Below, in pieces: positions 1 to 9,443 of a DNA stretch of 64,000 nt (the stretch's first letter is position 1; every line of letters starts with the position of its first letter). A program made the translations under genes and the position numbers. The notes below the pieces were generated by a model, which saw only the letters and a program-made list of their open reading frames with translations, did not search any database and had not been told where the DNA came from. The stretch comes from a virus. Its lineage: Duplodnaviria > Caudoviricetes. The stretch covers positions 96,001 to 160,000 of IMG/VR virus record IMGVR_UViG_3300021256_000002; one strand, 5' to 3'.

Positions 1-1856
1 AGAGAACCTTTGAACTTGTAAGCATATTTGTCAAATCCAATAAACTCAAGTTCCAGATACAAATGTGGAGTACCAGCAGAATCGAGTAACTCAATAACCA
101 ATCTGAGAAGACCTTTGTCGATATAATCGTAATTATCGTATTCATTGTGGAATACTCTATCAGTCGGTTTGACTTCGGTATCTTCACGAATCAACTGCAT
201 CGGTTCTTCAGGAAGACTTGCTGTTGGTGATAAATCAACTGTGAAAGTGTACTCATTTTCTCCAATCAACGAATTACGAGATACCTTGATGTTATCAATG
301 ATAAACTGATAAATCGTGATGATTGGAAGATTGATATGAGCAACTGGAAGAATGTCTTCAACCGTATTGAGATAGAACCCAACAGACAACGGATCAGTAC
401 CAACGATTGTCAAGAACGGATTCACATACAAGAATTTAGTTCTCTCGTATTGGTCCAAATCATCCTGCATCGTTGCTTCATTGCATACTTTTACGTATGG
501 CTGAATTGATGGGTCTGATGTTGGAACGTATTCATACAGCAAACCTGCAGGAATAACATTCCGATGAGTTTGTGCAATCGAGGTTGAAATATCCTTTGCG
601 TACAACCGCATATCAAGAGTATTCGTAGGAACGATATTCTTGTCATTGTCTTTGAATAAGATAAATGAACCGTATAACCGTTCGAATGCATCATCACGCT
701 TCTTCATGAAACAAATACGAGAATTGACGTATTTATGCACCACGTCTTCGAAGTATATATTCAAGTCAGATGAAGTCGTAAACGATTTGATAGTTGCATA
801 ACTCTTCATCGTTTCATTCTTCAGTTCATCTATCGTACTTCTATCAGTACCACCATAAGAAGAACCAGTAACTGAACCAATGAAGATAATACCTCTATTC
901 GATTCATACTTATCAGCTTTACCAATAACATTCACATCAGAACCTTCATACGTATCAAAGTTACCTTCGCTTCCTTTGGTTGTATAAAGTTCTACCATGA
1001 TATTTGAGTTGTATGCTGGTTGGAAGTACTTTTCATCATTTGGGAAAGTAATTTCCAACTTATTATCATCTACCAACTTGTAATAGCAGAATGGTTCAGA
1101 TAATTTATCGGTATTATATAACCTCTTCTTCAACTGAACGTATCCAGCTTCACCTGGTGCCTGATAGAATATTTCGAAGTTGGCTAACGAATCATCAAAC
1201 GTATAATTCAAAGTAACCAAATTCAGGATATCATTATTCAGGATTGTATCCTGAATAGTTTTCTTTTGTACTTGATGGAGTACAACACCCAGTTCAATAT
1301 ACCTCTTCTGATTATCATTGTACAAAATACTCGTAGTGATATATGGATTCAATAAGCTACTAATACTGTTAGTTCTATCCATGATATACTGAGCAGCATG
1401 TACATAACCAGTAGAGGTTTTCTTTGTCATGATACGAACATCATAATCGAGCATGTATACCATACCATCAATTGTAAATTCAGCATTCGAGTCGATATCA
1501 AAGTACATATAATCCGATGATACAGTACTTGCATTCACGATAGCTTCTTCCGAAACAATAATGGTGAAAGGTACACGTGCTGGAGTAGCAAAAATATTAC
1601 TCAATTGAAATAGCAAAGCGTGTTCGTATATTGACTCAGGTAATTCTGCTTGAGTAATGAACATTTCTTTGAACAGAGTAGCTACTGAGTTATACGAATC
1701 CTTTGCTGTATTTGCCAGGATTTCTGTCGTATATCCATACAAACCAACATTAAGCTCATTAAGATTCTTAATGTTATCGAAATAATTAGGAGCGATTTGA
1801 TTAATCAAATCCTCCTTTATATTGAATATACTCGTACCGTTTTTTACAACAGCCAT
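1..1856 (-). CDS. Baseplate wedge-like virion protein (T4 gp6-like), runs off window start
   Basis: Open frame translated by hand from ATG 1856 (MAVVKNGTSIFNIKEDL...), with an AAAGGAGG RBS. It is absent from the ORF track because it has no stop in the window. ITQAELPESIYEHA and ITFP...VELYTTKGSEGN...GGTD motifs resemble baseplate wedge proteins. Confidence 0.65.
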   Translation of the reverse strand, partial: MAVVKNGTSIFNIKEDLINQIAPNYFDNIKNLNELNVGLYGYTTEILANTAKDSYNSVATLFKEMFITQAELPESIYEHALLFQLSNIFATPARVPFTIIVSEEAIVNASTVSSDYMYFDIDSNAEFTIDGMVYMLDYDVRIMTKKTSTGYVHAAQYIMDRTNSISSLLNPYITTSILYNDNQKRYIELGVVLHQVQKKTIQDTILNNDILNLVTLNYTFDDSLANFEIFYQAPGEAGYVQLKKRLYNTDKLSEPFCYYKLVDDNKLEITFPNDEKYFQPAYNSNIMVELYTTKGSEGNFDTYEGSDVNVIGKADKYESNRGIIFIGSVTGSSYGGTDRSTIDELKNETMKSYATIKSFTTSSDLNIYFEDVVHKYVNSRICFMKKRDDAFERLYGSFILFKDNDKNIVPTNTLDMRLYAKDISTSIAQTHRNVIPAGLLYEYVPTSDPSIQPYVKVCNEATMQDDLDQYERTKFLYVNPFLTIVGTDPLSVGFYLNTVEDILPVAHINLPIITIYQFIIDNIKVSRNSLIGENEYTFTVDLSPTASLPEEPMQLIREDTEVKPTDRVFHNEYDNYDYIDKGLLRLVIELLDSAGTPHLYLELEFIGFDKYAYKFKGS

Positions 1857-1889
1857 GGAAATCCTCCTTTCTTAGAGTTGATGATATAT

Positions 1890-1901
1890 TAAAAAATTGT
1901 G
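1890..1901 (-). promoter_or_regulatory. Late-type promoter CACA-N6-TA
   Basis: CACAATTTTTTA upstream of the baseplate gene; near-identical context at 4762-4773. Confidence 0.6.
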
Positions 1902-1919
1902 CGGATGGATAGGACATAA

Positions 1920-1947
1920 TCCCAGATGAGTGTTACCTCATCTGGGA
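1920..1947. terminator. Hairpin/terminator
   Basis: TCCCAGATGAG-tgttac-CTCATCTGGGA inverted repeat between genes. Confidence 0.6.
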
Positions 1948-1990
1948 CATGCCGTGTGATTACTGTTATTACAAGGAGCTTAAGTGAATA

Positions 1991-2500
1991 CTATTTATGA
2001 TTAACTTTGAGATACGCATTCTTGAGTATCCAAAGATTATTTTCGACAGCTTCTTTTGTTTTTGGGTGAAACTCAAACGGCTCTTTGGAAGCCATCTTGT
2101 TGTGATACCATTCAACTGGATCTGTTTTGAATTTGATACTCATACCCATCCAGTCGCAAAACATTTCAGCGATAGCACCTGGCTGCATTTCAACAACGTA
2201 GTCTTTGATCTTCCAATGTTCTGGATGATGATCGTTTGTTGTGTAATGAGCTTTCCATGCAGTATTGAATGCATTTTCATCTTTATGCTCATTCGCTTCA
2301 GGATAAAACCATTGGCGATAGCCGCTAAACTCTGTTGTGGTATACTTACTGCTATCATGATTAAGAATGCGTCTATCCAACTCATCCTTACGAACATCAA
2401 AAGTATTGAGCAAATCGTCTTTCATCAAAGAATATGCATGTTCTACGTTATGAATATGCTCTTCGATATAGCCCATATATTCTTGCTCTTTTTGTGTCAT
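1991..2500 (-). CDS. HD-superfamily phosphohydrolase (DUF5662-like)
   Basis: H...HDSSK...HYTTNDHHPEHW...EMFCDW metal-binding motif pattern. Confidence 0.7.
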   Translation of the reverse strand: MTQKEQEYMGYIEEHIHNVEHAYSLMKDDLLNTFDVRKDELDRRILNHDSSKYTTTEFSGYRQWFYPEANEHKDENAFNTAWKAHYTTNDHHPEHWKIKDYVVEMQPGAIAEMFCDWMGMSIKFKTDPVEWYHNKMASKEPFEFHPKTKEAVENNLWILKNAYLKVNHK

Positions 2501-2553
2501 AATATCATATCCTTTCTTTTCTAATATATAATCGTCATAAAAAATATAGAAAA

Positions 2554-2585
2554 ATAATCCAGATACTTAAATGTATCTGGATTAT
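2554..2585. terminator. Intrinsic terminator
   Basis: ATAATCCAGATAC/GTATCTGGATTAT 13-bp stem after the stop of the 722-aa gene. Confidence 0.7.
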
Positions 2586-2588
2586 ATG

Positions 2589-4727
2589 TTATGGCTTATC
2601 TTCAGGATTCATTCTGAATTGGAGCTTGTACAGATGACTACCATCACGAGTATCAACGAATGGTGCACCAACAAACGAACGACCAGCCATTCCAACAGAT
2701 TCGTTGTAAATCTTACAAGCTGTTCTATCATTAGCGTTGGATAACCTGTTGAATTCAACGATATTTACAGGATTATAGTCATCTTTCTTTCCATAATGGA
2801 AAGATATATTGTACGTCGGAGAACGAACTTGGTTATCTGCACCAGTATCAGAATAAGCACTTGATGGACAGTTGGTTGGGAAGCACCCAGTGAATTTTGT
2901 ATAGAAGAGAATATTCTCATCAGTTGCATCGGTAAGGAAATAGTAAATTGATATCGCATAATCTAGTACCGAATTCAAATTTCTTTCCTTAGGAGTAACT
3001 TCACCTCTCCATGCGGCGTTGATATATTCAGTCCAAAGTTTCATCATCTTATATACTGAGAGCATATTATCATCTCTGAATGAAACTTGTACAGTACCAG
3101 CTGTTTTAGATTTGATTGTACTTGTACCATAATCAACTGACCACCCAGTATACGACGTGAATGCGTTTTTGGTTTCAAGAACTTCATCAGATATATCAAT
3201 ACCCGTACAGCAATCAGTAAGCTTCGGAATGAAGTAATGGTCTGACGTAGCATCTCGAGTGAGATAACTTGCCAATACAGAATGCGCTTTGGTAAGATAC
3301 ATTGCAATTGGTGCACCATGACCAAATCGCATCTTCTGATTGCTACTTACACCTGCAATTGTCATCGCAGATGATTCCAATACACCATTCCCAGCTGAAT
3401 CCATAAACCCACCTTCTTCAGTATACATCGAAGAAGTATTACCCAATCTATATCGAGTGAAATCAAGATTCAAATCTGGTCTAGTGAAGAAGATATGTGC
3501 TCTAGACCCTGTGAGAATATTATCTAATGTAGGTATTCTAAAGCGATTGAACTTGGTGAATGTAGTTCCTCTATCAACGAATAACCCTACGTCTTTATGT
3601 ACGATATTCACCATATCCATAACTTCTTTGTAGTCCCTATCTTTCATCTTTCTAAAATAGGTTACCATGGTATCTCCACCATATCCATTGGAAGTAGGAC
3701 GATTATCATACATATTGGTATTCGTACCTTGATATAACTCAACTCTATTAACTCCATTGATAGTCGATGAACCAATCGGTGATAAACCAAGCCCCATCAA
3801 CTGCCTAGAGTCGGTCGTATTTGTTACCACTCTATCATAGAAGCTGGTAGCAGTTCGATTGTATACCGAGCTAGAAAGATTCATCATCCTATAGGTCTCA
3901 TCTCTATTACCAATAAAATCCCAATAGCTGAAATATCCAATCATACTATCAGTCAATCCAAATGCAGCCATCTGGCGATGATTGATTTGCTCGGTATTTG
4001 CAGACCCACCAGAATCATATCGAGCTCTTCTCCACTCGCTATTGTACGCACTTGACCTACTAGCATCAAACGCAGAAAAATTAAACCCGATAATGAAACT
4101 TAACTTATTACCAAGCCATGCAGCAAGTAACCCATCTAAGAAGTTAAGAGCATTTGCTGCGATAATACCAAGAGCATCACCACTCATAATGGTATTGATA
4201 CTAACACCATCTAATATGGTAGCTGCTGTTCTATTACTACCACCATATATGTTAGCATTACCAATATCCATTATACCTATACCTGCATTTGGATTTGGTA
4301 TTATACTACCATTAATCATGTTATTCCATCCACCTGTAGCAGCATCTAATACAGCTCCAGATCGAGTTAATCCCATATTATCTAAGAAATTGAATCGCTG
4401 AAGCCAATCATATAAATCAGTCTCTTCTTTTGCTTCAGCCATATGATAGCTTATTCCTCTTTTAGGAGTAGAGTTTTTCTTAATCTTAATCAATTTCTTA
4501 GTTGCGTACTCTTTATAATAGAATTCCTTATCACGGATAATTTGAACATGGTCTCCGTATACATACTGGTTTTCTCCTATCAAATAGAAGGTGTATATTC
4601 CATACTTACCGGAGCCAGTAATCTTCACTCCAGTACCAGCTTTGATTTCACCAGTTTGCCATGTATTATCTAATGTAGGTTTCGATCTAATGATCGTATC
4701 TTTCTTTATCATTCCTACGATATCCAT
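2589..4727 (-). CDS. Virion protein: N-terminal SH3-like domain, C-terminal tail-tube-like (baseplate tube initiator) domain
   Basis: RBS supports a start at MDIVGM (4727). The C-terminus (FFTRPDLNL, VSFRDD..VYKMMKLWTEY, FTGCFPTN) resembles the tube/gp48-gp54-type fold. Adjacent to the baseplate gene and preceded by a late promoter. Confidence 0.55.
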   Translation of the reverse strand: MDIVGMIKKDTIIRSKPTLDNTWQTGEIKAGTGVKITGSGKYGIYTFYLIGENQYVYGDHVQIIRDKEFYYKEYATKKLIKIKKNSTPKRGISYHMAEAKEETDLYDWLQRFNFLDNMGLTRSGAVLDAATGGWNNMINGSIIPNPNAGIGIMDIGNANIYGGSNRTAATILDGVSINTIMSGDALGIIAANALNFLDGLLAAWLGNKLSFIIGFNFSAFDASRSSAYNSEWRRARYDSGGSANTEQINHRQMAAFGLTDSMIGYFSYWDFIGNRDETYRMMNLSSSVYNRTATSFYDRVVTNTTDSRQLMGLGLSPIGSSTINGVNRVELYQGTNTNMYDNRPTSNGYGGDTMVTYFRKMKDRDYKEVMDMVNIVHKDVGLFVDRGTTFTKFNRFRIPTLDNILTGSRAHIFFTRPDLNLDFTRYRLGNTSSMYTEEGGFMDSAGNGVLESSAMTIAGVSSNQKMRFGHGAPIAMYLTKAHSVLASYLTRDATSDHYFIPKLTDCCTGIDISDEVLETKNAFTSYTGWSVDYGTSTIKSKTAGTVQVSFRDDNMLSVYKMMKLWTEYINAAWRGEVTPKERNLNSVLDYAISIYYFLTDATDENILFYTKFTGCFPTNCPSSAYSDTGADNQVRSPTYNISFHYGKKDDYNPVNIVEFNRLSNANDRTACKIYNESVGMAGRSFVGAPFVDTRDGSHLYKLQFRMNPEDKP

Positions 4728-4850
4728 CAAAGAATCCTCCTTTCTGTTGGAGTTCATATATTAAAAATTTGTGCGATGGAGTAACTACAAAAGAAAAGAA
4801 AGAAGCAGCGAATCCCGCCAGGGTCTTACTTCTTTCTTTCATCTTAGGTA

Positions 4851-5147
4851 TTATAGGGTGTTTTCCCAGGGCTTTGCAGCCTGCTGGAAGCGGAGATACT
4901 CAAGTTCCTGTTTGCGGTGCCAAGCCGCAGCCTCCTCCTTTTTGGCTTCCATCAAGAAAGCCAACTTCAGGAGTTGGGATTTGGCGTCATCGATGTTGAT
5001 GCCATTGAATTCCACTGACAAGAGTACCTTGCCAGCTTCATCCTGCACATCAACGCTACCGAAGAAACTCTCACCGTTGGGCCCGCGGTCAATGCTGAAG
5101 CGGTCTACGATAGCGCCAAGGTGTTTGTGGGAAGTGCAAGTTGCCAT
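4851..5147 (-). CDS. Hypothetical early protein
   Basis: GGAGG RBS before MATCTSHK; has its own promoter, structured leader and terminator. Confidence 0.7.
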   Translation of the reverse strand: MATCTSHKHLGAIVDRFSIDRGPNGESFFGSVDVQDEAGKVLLSVEFNGINIDDAKSQLLKLAFLMEAKKEEAAAWHRKQELEYLRFQQAAKPWENTL

Positions 5148-5240
5148 GATGATTACCTCCAAGTAATATCATCTCCCGTACGCGTTGGGAGGAATCCTAA
5201 AAGCTATCTTAGCGAATGAAGTTGGATTCGACTTTTCATC
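5148..5240 (-). ncRNA. Candidate structured 5' leader RNA (copy A)
   Basis: Highly similar to 14290-14384, with conserved pairings ATGAA/TTCAT, GAATCC/GGATTC, GCTA/TAGC, CTCCC/GGGAG and an RBS hairpin. Confidence 0.6.
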
Positions 5241-5279
5241 TACCAATATAATATATATTTATTTAGAGTGACTTTTAGG
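5240..5279 (-). promoter_or_regulatory. Extended early promoter CCTAAAAGT...AATATATATTATATTGGTAG
   Basis: The same motif occurs at 14251-14290 and 48229-48268. Confidence 0.75.
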
Positions 5280-5367
5280 GTTTTATTTTGGAACATAGAA
5301 AATGTGCTTTAATATCTCGCCAATAAGACAATTTTTTAAAACTTTAATATGAAAGGAGAGGGGTATC

Positions 5368-6651
5368 TTGGGTATCTTGAAAGATATTTTAAGTGTTACT
5401 AGAGACATCTACGTCACTGATACAGATCCTGAAGATCTGTTCACTGATGATGAAGGTCGTCCGGTATCAAAGTATCGCCCCGTGTCATACGATTCTGTTG
5501 CAAAACAGGCAAAGAATGGGACAATGCAGTTCCCTGTACTTGCAACTCGTTCTTTGGCATATAATGATATGCTAATGATCAGCAAAGCATGCGAACGTAA
5601 TTTCGCTAGTATGCTGCAAATTGTATTCTCGATGAATTCTGTGACGAGTACTGACAATCCTCAGGAATTCGTAAATCAGTATCATCAAAATACGAATAAC
5701 AGTATTCGAGGTGCAAGCGATATCATTGGACTCGTTTTCAACAGTACGGACCCGAATCAAATGGCTCCTTGTGTACCTGGTGCAAGAAAGGCGTTGCTTG
5801 AAGAGTCGATTCCGTATTCTTCTCAGTTTGAATTGTCTTCTATAAACGAGAAGTTTGTTCCCGTGAATAGTAAGAAGATGATAACTATGGAGAATAACGC
5901 TATCAACTTCGATACGGTAACTGAAGCTAAGAAAGAAAAGGCGTTCAATCCCTATCAAGCTACAGGTGATAAGGATATGATTCCGAAGAATATGTTTGTT
6001 GATAGCGAAGTGAAGAAATGTAATGAGCTTGCTCCTACATTGATGCATGTTCGTATTTTAAAAGATATGGGTGAAGCTTCCAAATTCATCGACTTCATTG
6101 TTGGTGTGAAAGCGTACATTCATCCAATCAATTCTAACGATATGATCGATCATCTCGTTTCTGCTCTCAAAGACCGTGGTAAGTTGTTCCGTTTCCTCCA
6201 GTGGACTACTGGCGAAATCTCGTTCTTCAAGGATTTGATGTTCAACATTGATTCCATCAAGAACGATGTTCGTGATGTTCGTGGAGCGAATGGTAATTCC
6301 TCGTGGTGGAGAGCGCTCAAGAATATCAAGGCTTCCCGTCGTTTCCATAAATGGACTCGTACTGGTCCGGTTCTTCCGAATGCTACTCTTGTAGTATCTA
6401 TGGAAGAAGTTGACTATATCAAGTCTAACCATGGATTTGATTTGTTGGAAGATTCCGTTGGTGAAAAGATCCTTGAAGAATACAATCTTCTTCAGTTGGT
6501 GATTGTTGATAGTTCTTCTGAAATCGTTCATTTCTTGATCGATGGTGAACATCGCTACAATACACTGACCTACAAGGGTCTTGAACGTCAGCAAGGTGAA
6601 GCTGACAAACAGTTCAAAGAAATTCTGAGAGCTGTTAATAAACTTCAGTAA
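5368..6651 (+). CDS. Putative virion (head) structural protein
   Basis: 427-aa ORF with RBS and late promoter GACAATTTTTTA (5327-5338); first gene of a late cluster. Confidence 0.5.
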   Translation: MGILKDILSVTRDIYVTDTDPEDLFTDDEGRPVSKYRPVSYDSVAKQAKNGTMQFPVLATRSLAYNDMLMISKACERNFASMLQIVFSMNSVTSTDNPQEFVNQYHQNTNNSIRGASDIIGLVFNSTDPNQMAPCVPGARKALLEESIPYSSQFELSSINEKFVPVNSKKMITMENNAINFDTVTEAKKEKAFNPYQATGDKDMIPKNMFVDSEVKKCNELAPTLMHVRILKDMGEASKFIDFIVGVKAYIHPINSNDMIDHLVSALKDRGKLFRFLQWTTGEISFFKDLMFNIDSIKNDVRDVRGANGNSSWWRALKNIKASRRFHKWTRTGPVLPNATLVVSMEEVDYIKSNHGFDLLEDSVGEKILEEYNLLQLVIVDSSSEIVHFLIDGEHRYNTLTYKGLERQQGEADKQFKEILRAVNKLQ

Positions 6652-6660
6652 TAGGAAGGG

Positions 6661-7701
6661 GTGAATAAAGAAATGGAAAATTTGTACGTTCACTCTATTA
6701 CAAAGAAAGAAGTTCCTGTACGGATGACTTGCGAAGGGTTTCATTGTGAACAGCTTCGTAGTCTCGTTGAAGCGAACTTCAGCCGTGATCAGTTGATGAA
6801 ACTGAATGCAACCATGGAAAGCCCTACTGGGGCAATGGATGTACTTCAGCGTTCATTCAGTACTGTCACTGGTGGTATAAAGAAATGTATTCATTCTATC
6901 ATAGGTCGTCAGGATACCTATGAAACTGAAATTCTTAAGTCTAAAGGTGATATCAGTAAGATTCAGCGTATTGATACTACGCTTAAGATTCTTCGCCTTT
7001 TCACTAAGGATAAGAATAGAACTATTTCTCGTAGAGCAGGACAGGTTCTTCGTTTGTATGATCATATTCATTCAATGAAAGCAACCTTCATGCTTGGATA
7101 TCAACACAAAGGTTCTCTGAACGGTTCCTTTGTATGGGGTACATATGTGATATATGCTCAGTATATCGTAGTTTGTACTTCGCATCTCGCTGCAATGCAT
7201 GCTAACGTGATGAAGCATGAAAGTTATGCTCTTCGTAATCTGGATACCCAGATTAAGGGTTGTAGCGATGGTAGCTTGAAGAAGTGGTGTGAATTCTTCA
7301 TGAAGAAGAAGAAAAACGACTTCGTCAAAGAAGATGGTGGTTTGTTGGTAGTAACGGCAGTTTTGCTTGGTGCTGTAATCACGGCTGCTTTCTTCTTGAG
7401 AGTGTTGGTATTCTACTTCTACTATTGCCGTATGCAGCTTAGCGATTATCTCAATCAGCAGTCTGACTATTTCAATCTCCATGCTTCTGAAGTAAAGAAA
7501 TCTGGTATGGATTCTTCTCAGAAGGACGCTGTGTTGAAAGCTCAGAAAACTTGGGCTGATAGATTCGCGATGTTGTCTGATGCGATCGTAGTTGAGGACC
7601 TTAAAGCTAGTCGGAAAACTACCGATACTATTAAGGTAGCCAACAAAGAAGTAAATCCATCAAAGATTGACGTTCCTAATGTAGGAATGGATTTTATTTG
7701 A
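6661..7701 (+). CDS. Putative virion protein with hydrophobic segment
   Basis: 346-aa ORF co-transcribed with 5368; hydrophobic stretch LLVVTAVLLGAVITAAFFL follows VKED. Confidence 0.5.
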   Translation: MNKEMENLYVHSITKKEVPVRMTCEGFHCEQLRSLVEANFSRDQLMKLNATMESPTGAMDVLQRSFSTVTGGIKKCIHSIIGRQDTYETEILKSKGDISKIQRIDTTLKILRLFTKDKNRTISRRAGQVLRLYDHIHSMKATFMLGYQHKGSLNGSFVWGTYVIYAQYIVVCTSHLAAMHANVMKHESYALRNLDTQIKGCSDGSLKKWCEFFMKKKKNDFVKEDGGLLVVTAVLLGAVITAAFFLRVLVFYFYYCRMQLSDYLNQQSDYFNLHASEVKKSGMDSSQKDAVLKAQKTWADRFAMLSDAIVVEDLKASRKTTDTIKVANKEVNPSKIDVPNVGMDFI

Positions 7702-7757
7702 TGATTTATGTGAAGAAACATCTTAGTAAAAATACATTAGTAAAGGAGGACTCATAA

Positions 7758-8933
7758 ATGAATATGAGTTTGTTTGATCAGGTAGTCAACGAATCTTATA
7801 GCGCTGATCTTGGCGGCTATTCTGCTGATTCGTTGGATGCTGCTGAAGAAAGTTACATTAACGATGTAATTACTGACGATCCTGTAACGTTGTTCCAATA
7901 CACTGGCGAATGCTCCAATGCAATCATGGCTCTGGAAGCTGCTGAAGCTCGTATGGAAGGTATGATGTGCGTTAAGTTTATGAACGCTCGTTCTGCCAGC
8001 GACGAAGTTGCTATGGAAGAGACTGTTGCTACCATGGAAGGCTTCGTTGGTAACATGTGGGAAACTTTGAAGGAAATTGTTAAGAAAGCATATGCTGCTG
8101 TCAAAGCGTTCCTTATCAAAGTTTGGAATAAGTTCAAGAGCTATGGTAACGTTGTACGTGCAATGCTGACCAAATATGGTGATGTTCTGCGTCATAAACG
8201 TGTGCCGGGCCTCCGCGTTAAGTGGGAAAAGATCAACATCATGGCTGCTGAGCCGATCATGATGAAAAACCTTGAGAAATGCACGAAGATGATTGAGCAG
8301 CTCAAGCATATGTATGAAGGCATTAAGGGTCTGCGCCAGAACAATCCTAAAAATCCGTATGCAGATAAGAATCCGGAGACTGTTCTGGCTACTCATCAGT
8401 TTGTCAATACCGGCGCTAAAGGTGTTGCTGATGGATTGCCGACTCCTGGCGAAATCGAAGATGAACTCGAAAAGGAGATTTATCCGGAAAAGGCCAGCAC
8501 TGACCAGGAACTCGAAAAACCGTTCGAAGAAATTCGTCCGGAAGCTATCAAAGCTGCCGATGCATCTTCGTACAAAACCTACTTGGATAGGTTTATGGCT
8601 ATTGGTAACAAGCGTTATCAGGCTGATATGAAGTGCATTGAAGACCTTAAGCGCGAATTCCATAAAGAAAAGAGTGCCTACTCTGGAGCTGGTGCAAGCC
8701 ATATCCATACCGAGATTCGTCGCTGCTTGAATGCTGAAATCAGTATCATCAACATCTGCACGCATGCAATGACCACTGCTGCTAAACGTATGCAGTCTCA
8801 GTCCATCTCTGCTTGCCGTAAAGCAATCATGCATCATGGTACTGAAGGTGATGGCGCAACGTATGCTGGTGAATCCTATACTCCGTCTGGCACAGATTAT
8901 TTCGATAGCCTCATGAGCAACCTCGGCTATTGA
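7758..8933 (+). CDS. Internal head protein-like
   Basis: Acidic N-terminus with repeated x-x-E sites, then TMEG-FVGNMWETLKEIVKKAYAAVKAFLIKVW, an amphipathic helix typical of jumbo-phage inner head proteins. Late promoter at 7717-7728; strong codon bias. Confidence 0.6.
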   Translation: MNMSLFDQVVNESYSADLGGYSADSLDAAEESYINDVITDDPVTLFQYTGECSNAIMALEAAEARMEGMMCVKFMNARSASDEVAMEETVATMEGFVGNMWETLKEIVKKAYAAVKAFLIKVWNKFKSYGNVVRAMLTKYGDVLRHKRVPGLRVKWEKINIMAAEPIMMKNLEKCTKMIEQLKHMYEGIKGLRQNNPKNPYADKNPETVLATHQFVNTGAKGVADGLPTPGEIEDELEKEIYPEKASTDQELEKPFEEIRPEAIKAADASSYKTYLDRFMAIGNKRYQADMKCIEDLKREFHKEKSAYSGAGASHIHTEIRRCLNAEISIINICTHAMTTAAKRMQSQSISACRKAIMHHGTEGDGATYAGESYTPSGTDYFDSLMSNLGY

Positions 8934-8944
8934 TACGTGAAATT

Positions 8945-8980
8945 AGTAGATATACCTGTTAATCAGGTATATCTACTTTT
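8945..8980 (+). terminator. Intrinsic terminator
   Basis: AGTAGATATACCTG/CAGGTATATCTACT followed by a T-run. Confidence 0.8.
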
Positions 8981-8999
8981 ATCAATTTTTTAAAATAAA

Positions 9000-9072
9000 T
9001 TTCAAATATATAATATATATGTAGAGAAAATAAAATATTTCTAGTTTAACATTTTAGGAGGAATGCGTTATG
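9000..9072 (+). repeat. Early promoter + leader + RBS cassette, copy 1
   Basis: Near-identical to 63891-63964. Confidence 0.85.
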
Positions 9073-9333
9073 ACAATGACGAAAGAAGAATTTTACCAGA
9101 GAATTATAATGCCTGTGGTGCGTGATGCTGAATCTAGTTCAAAACAGCAGATGAGCGAGGCTATTGATAAGCATTATGAGCTTATTGCTAAAGCGAAATC
9201 TTGTGTTAGGTATGATGTAAAAGAACGCTTACTGAAAGAATCTACTGAAGTTCTAGAACAAGCTTTATTAGCCAAAGAGAAAGCCGATAATGGAATAAAT
9301 GAATTTGTAGCTAGTTCTTTATTGCGCTTTTAA
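9070..9333 (+). CDS. Hypothetical early protein
   Basis: 87 aa, AGGAGG RBS, own promoter and terminator. Confidence 0.75.
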   Translation: MTMTKEEFYQRIIMPVVRDAESSSKQQMSEAIDKHYELIAKAKSCVRYDVKERLLKESTEVLEQALLAKEKADNGINEFVASSLLRF

Positions 9334-9443
9334 AGCATTTTCGTAAGTACAGAAGAAAACAGCCGTATGGCTGTTTTCTTTTACCTCTTTATTCACTCGA
9401 CATCTCAGTAACATTAAAATACAAAATGAAAGGAGATTCTCCG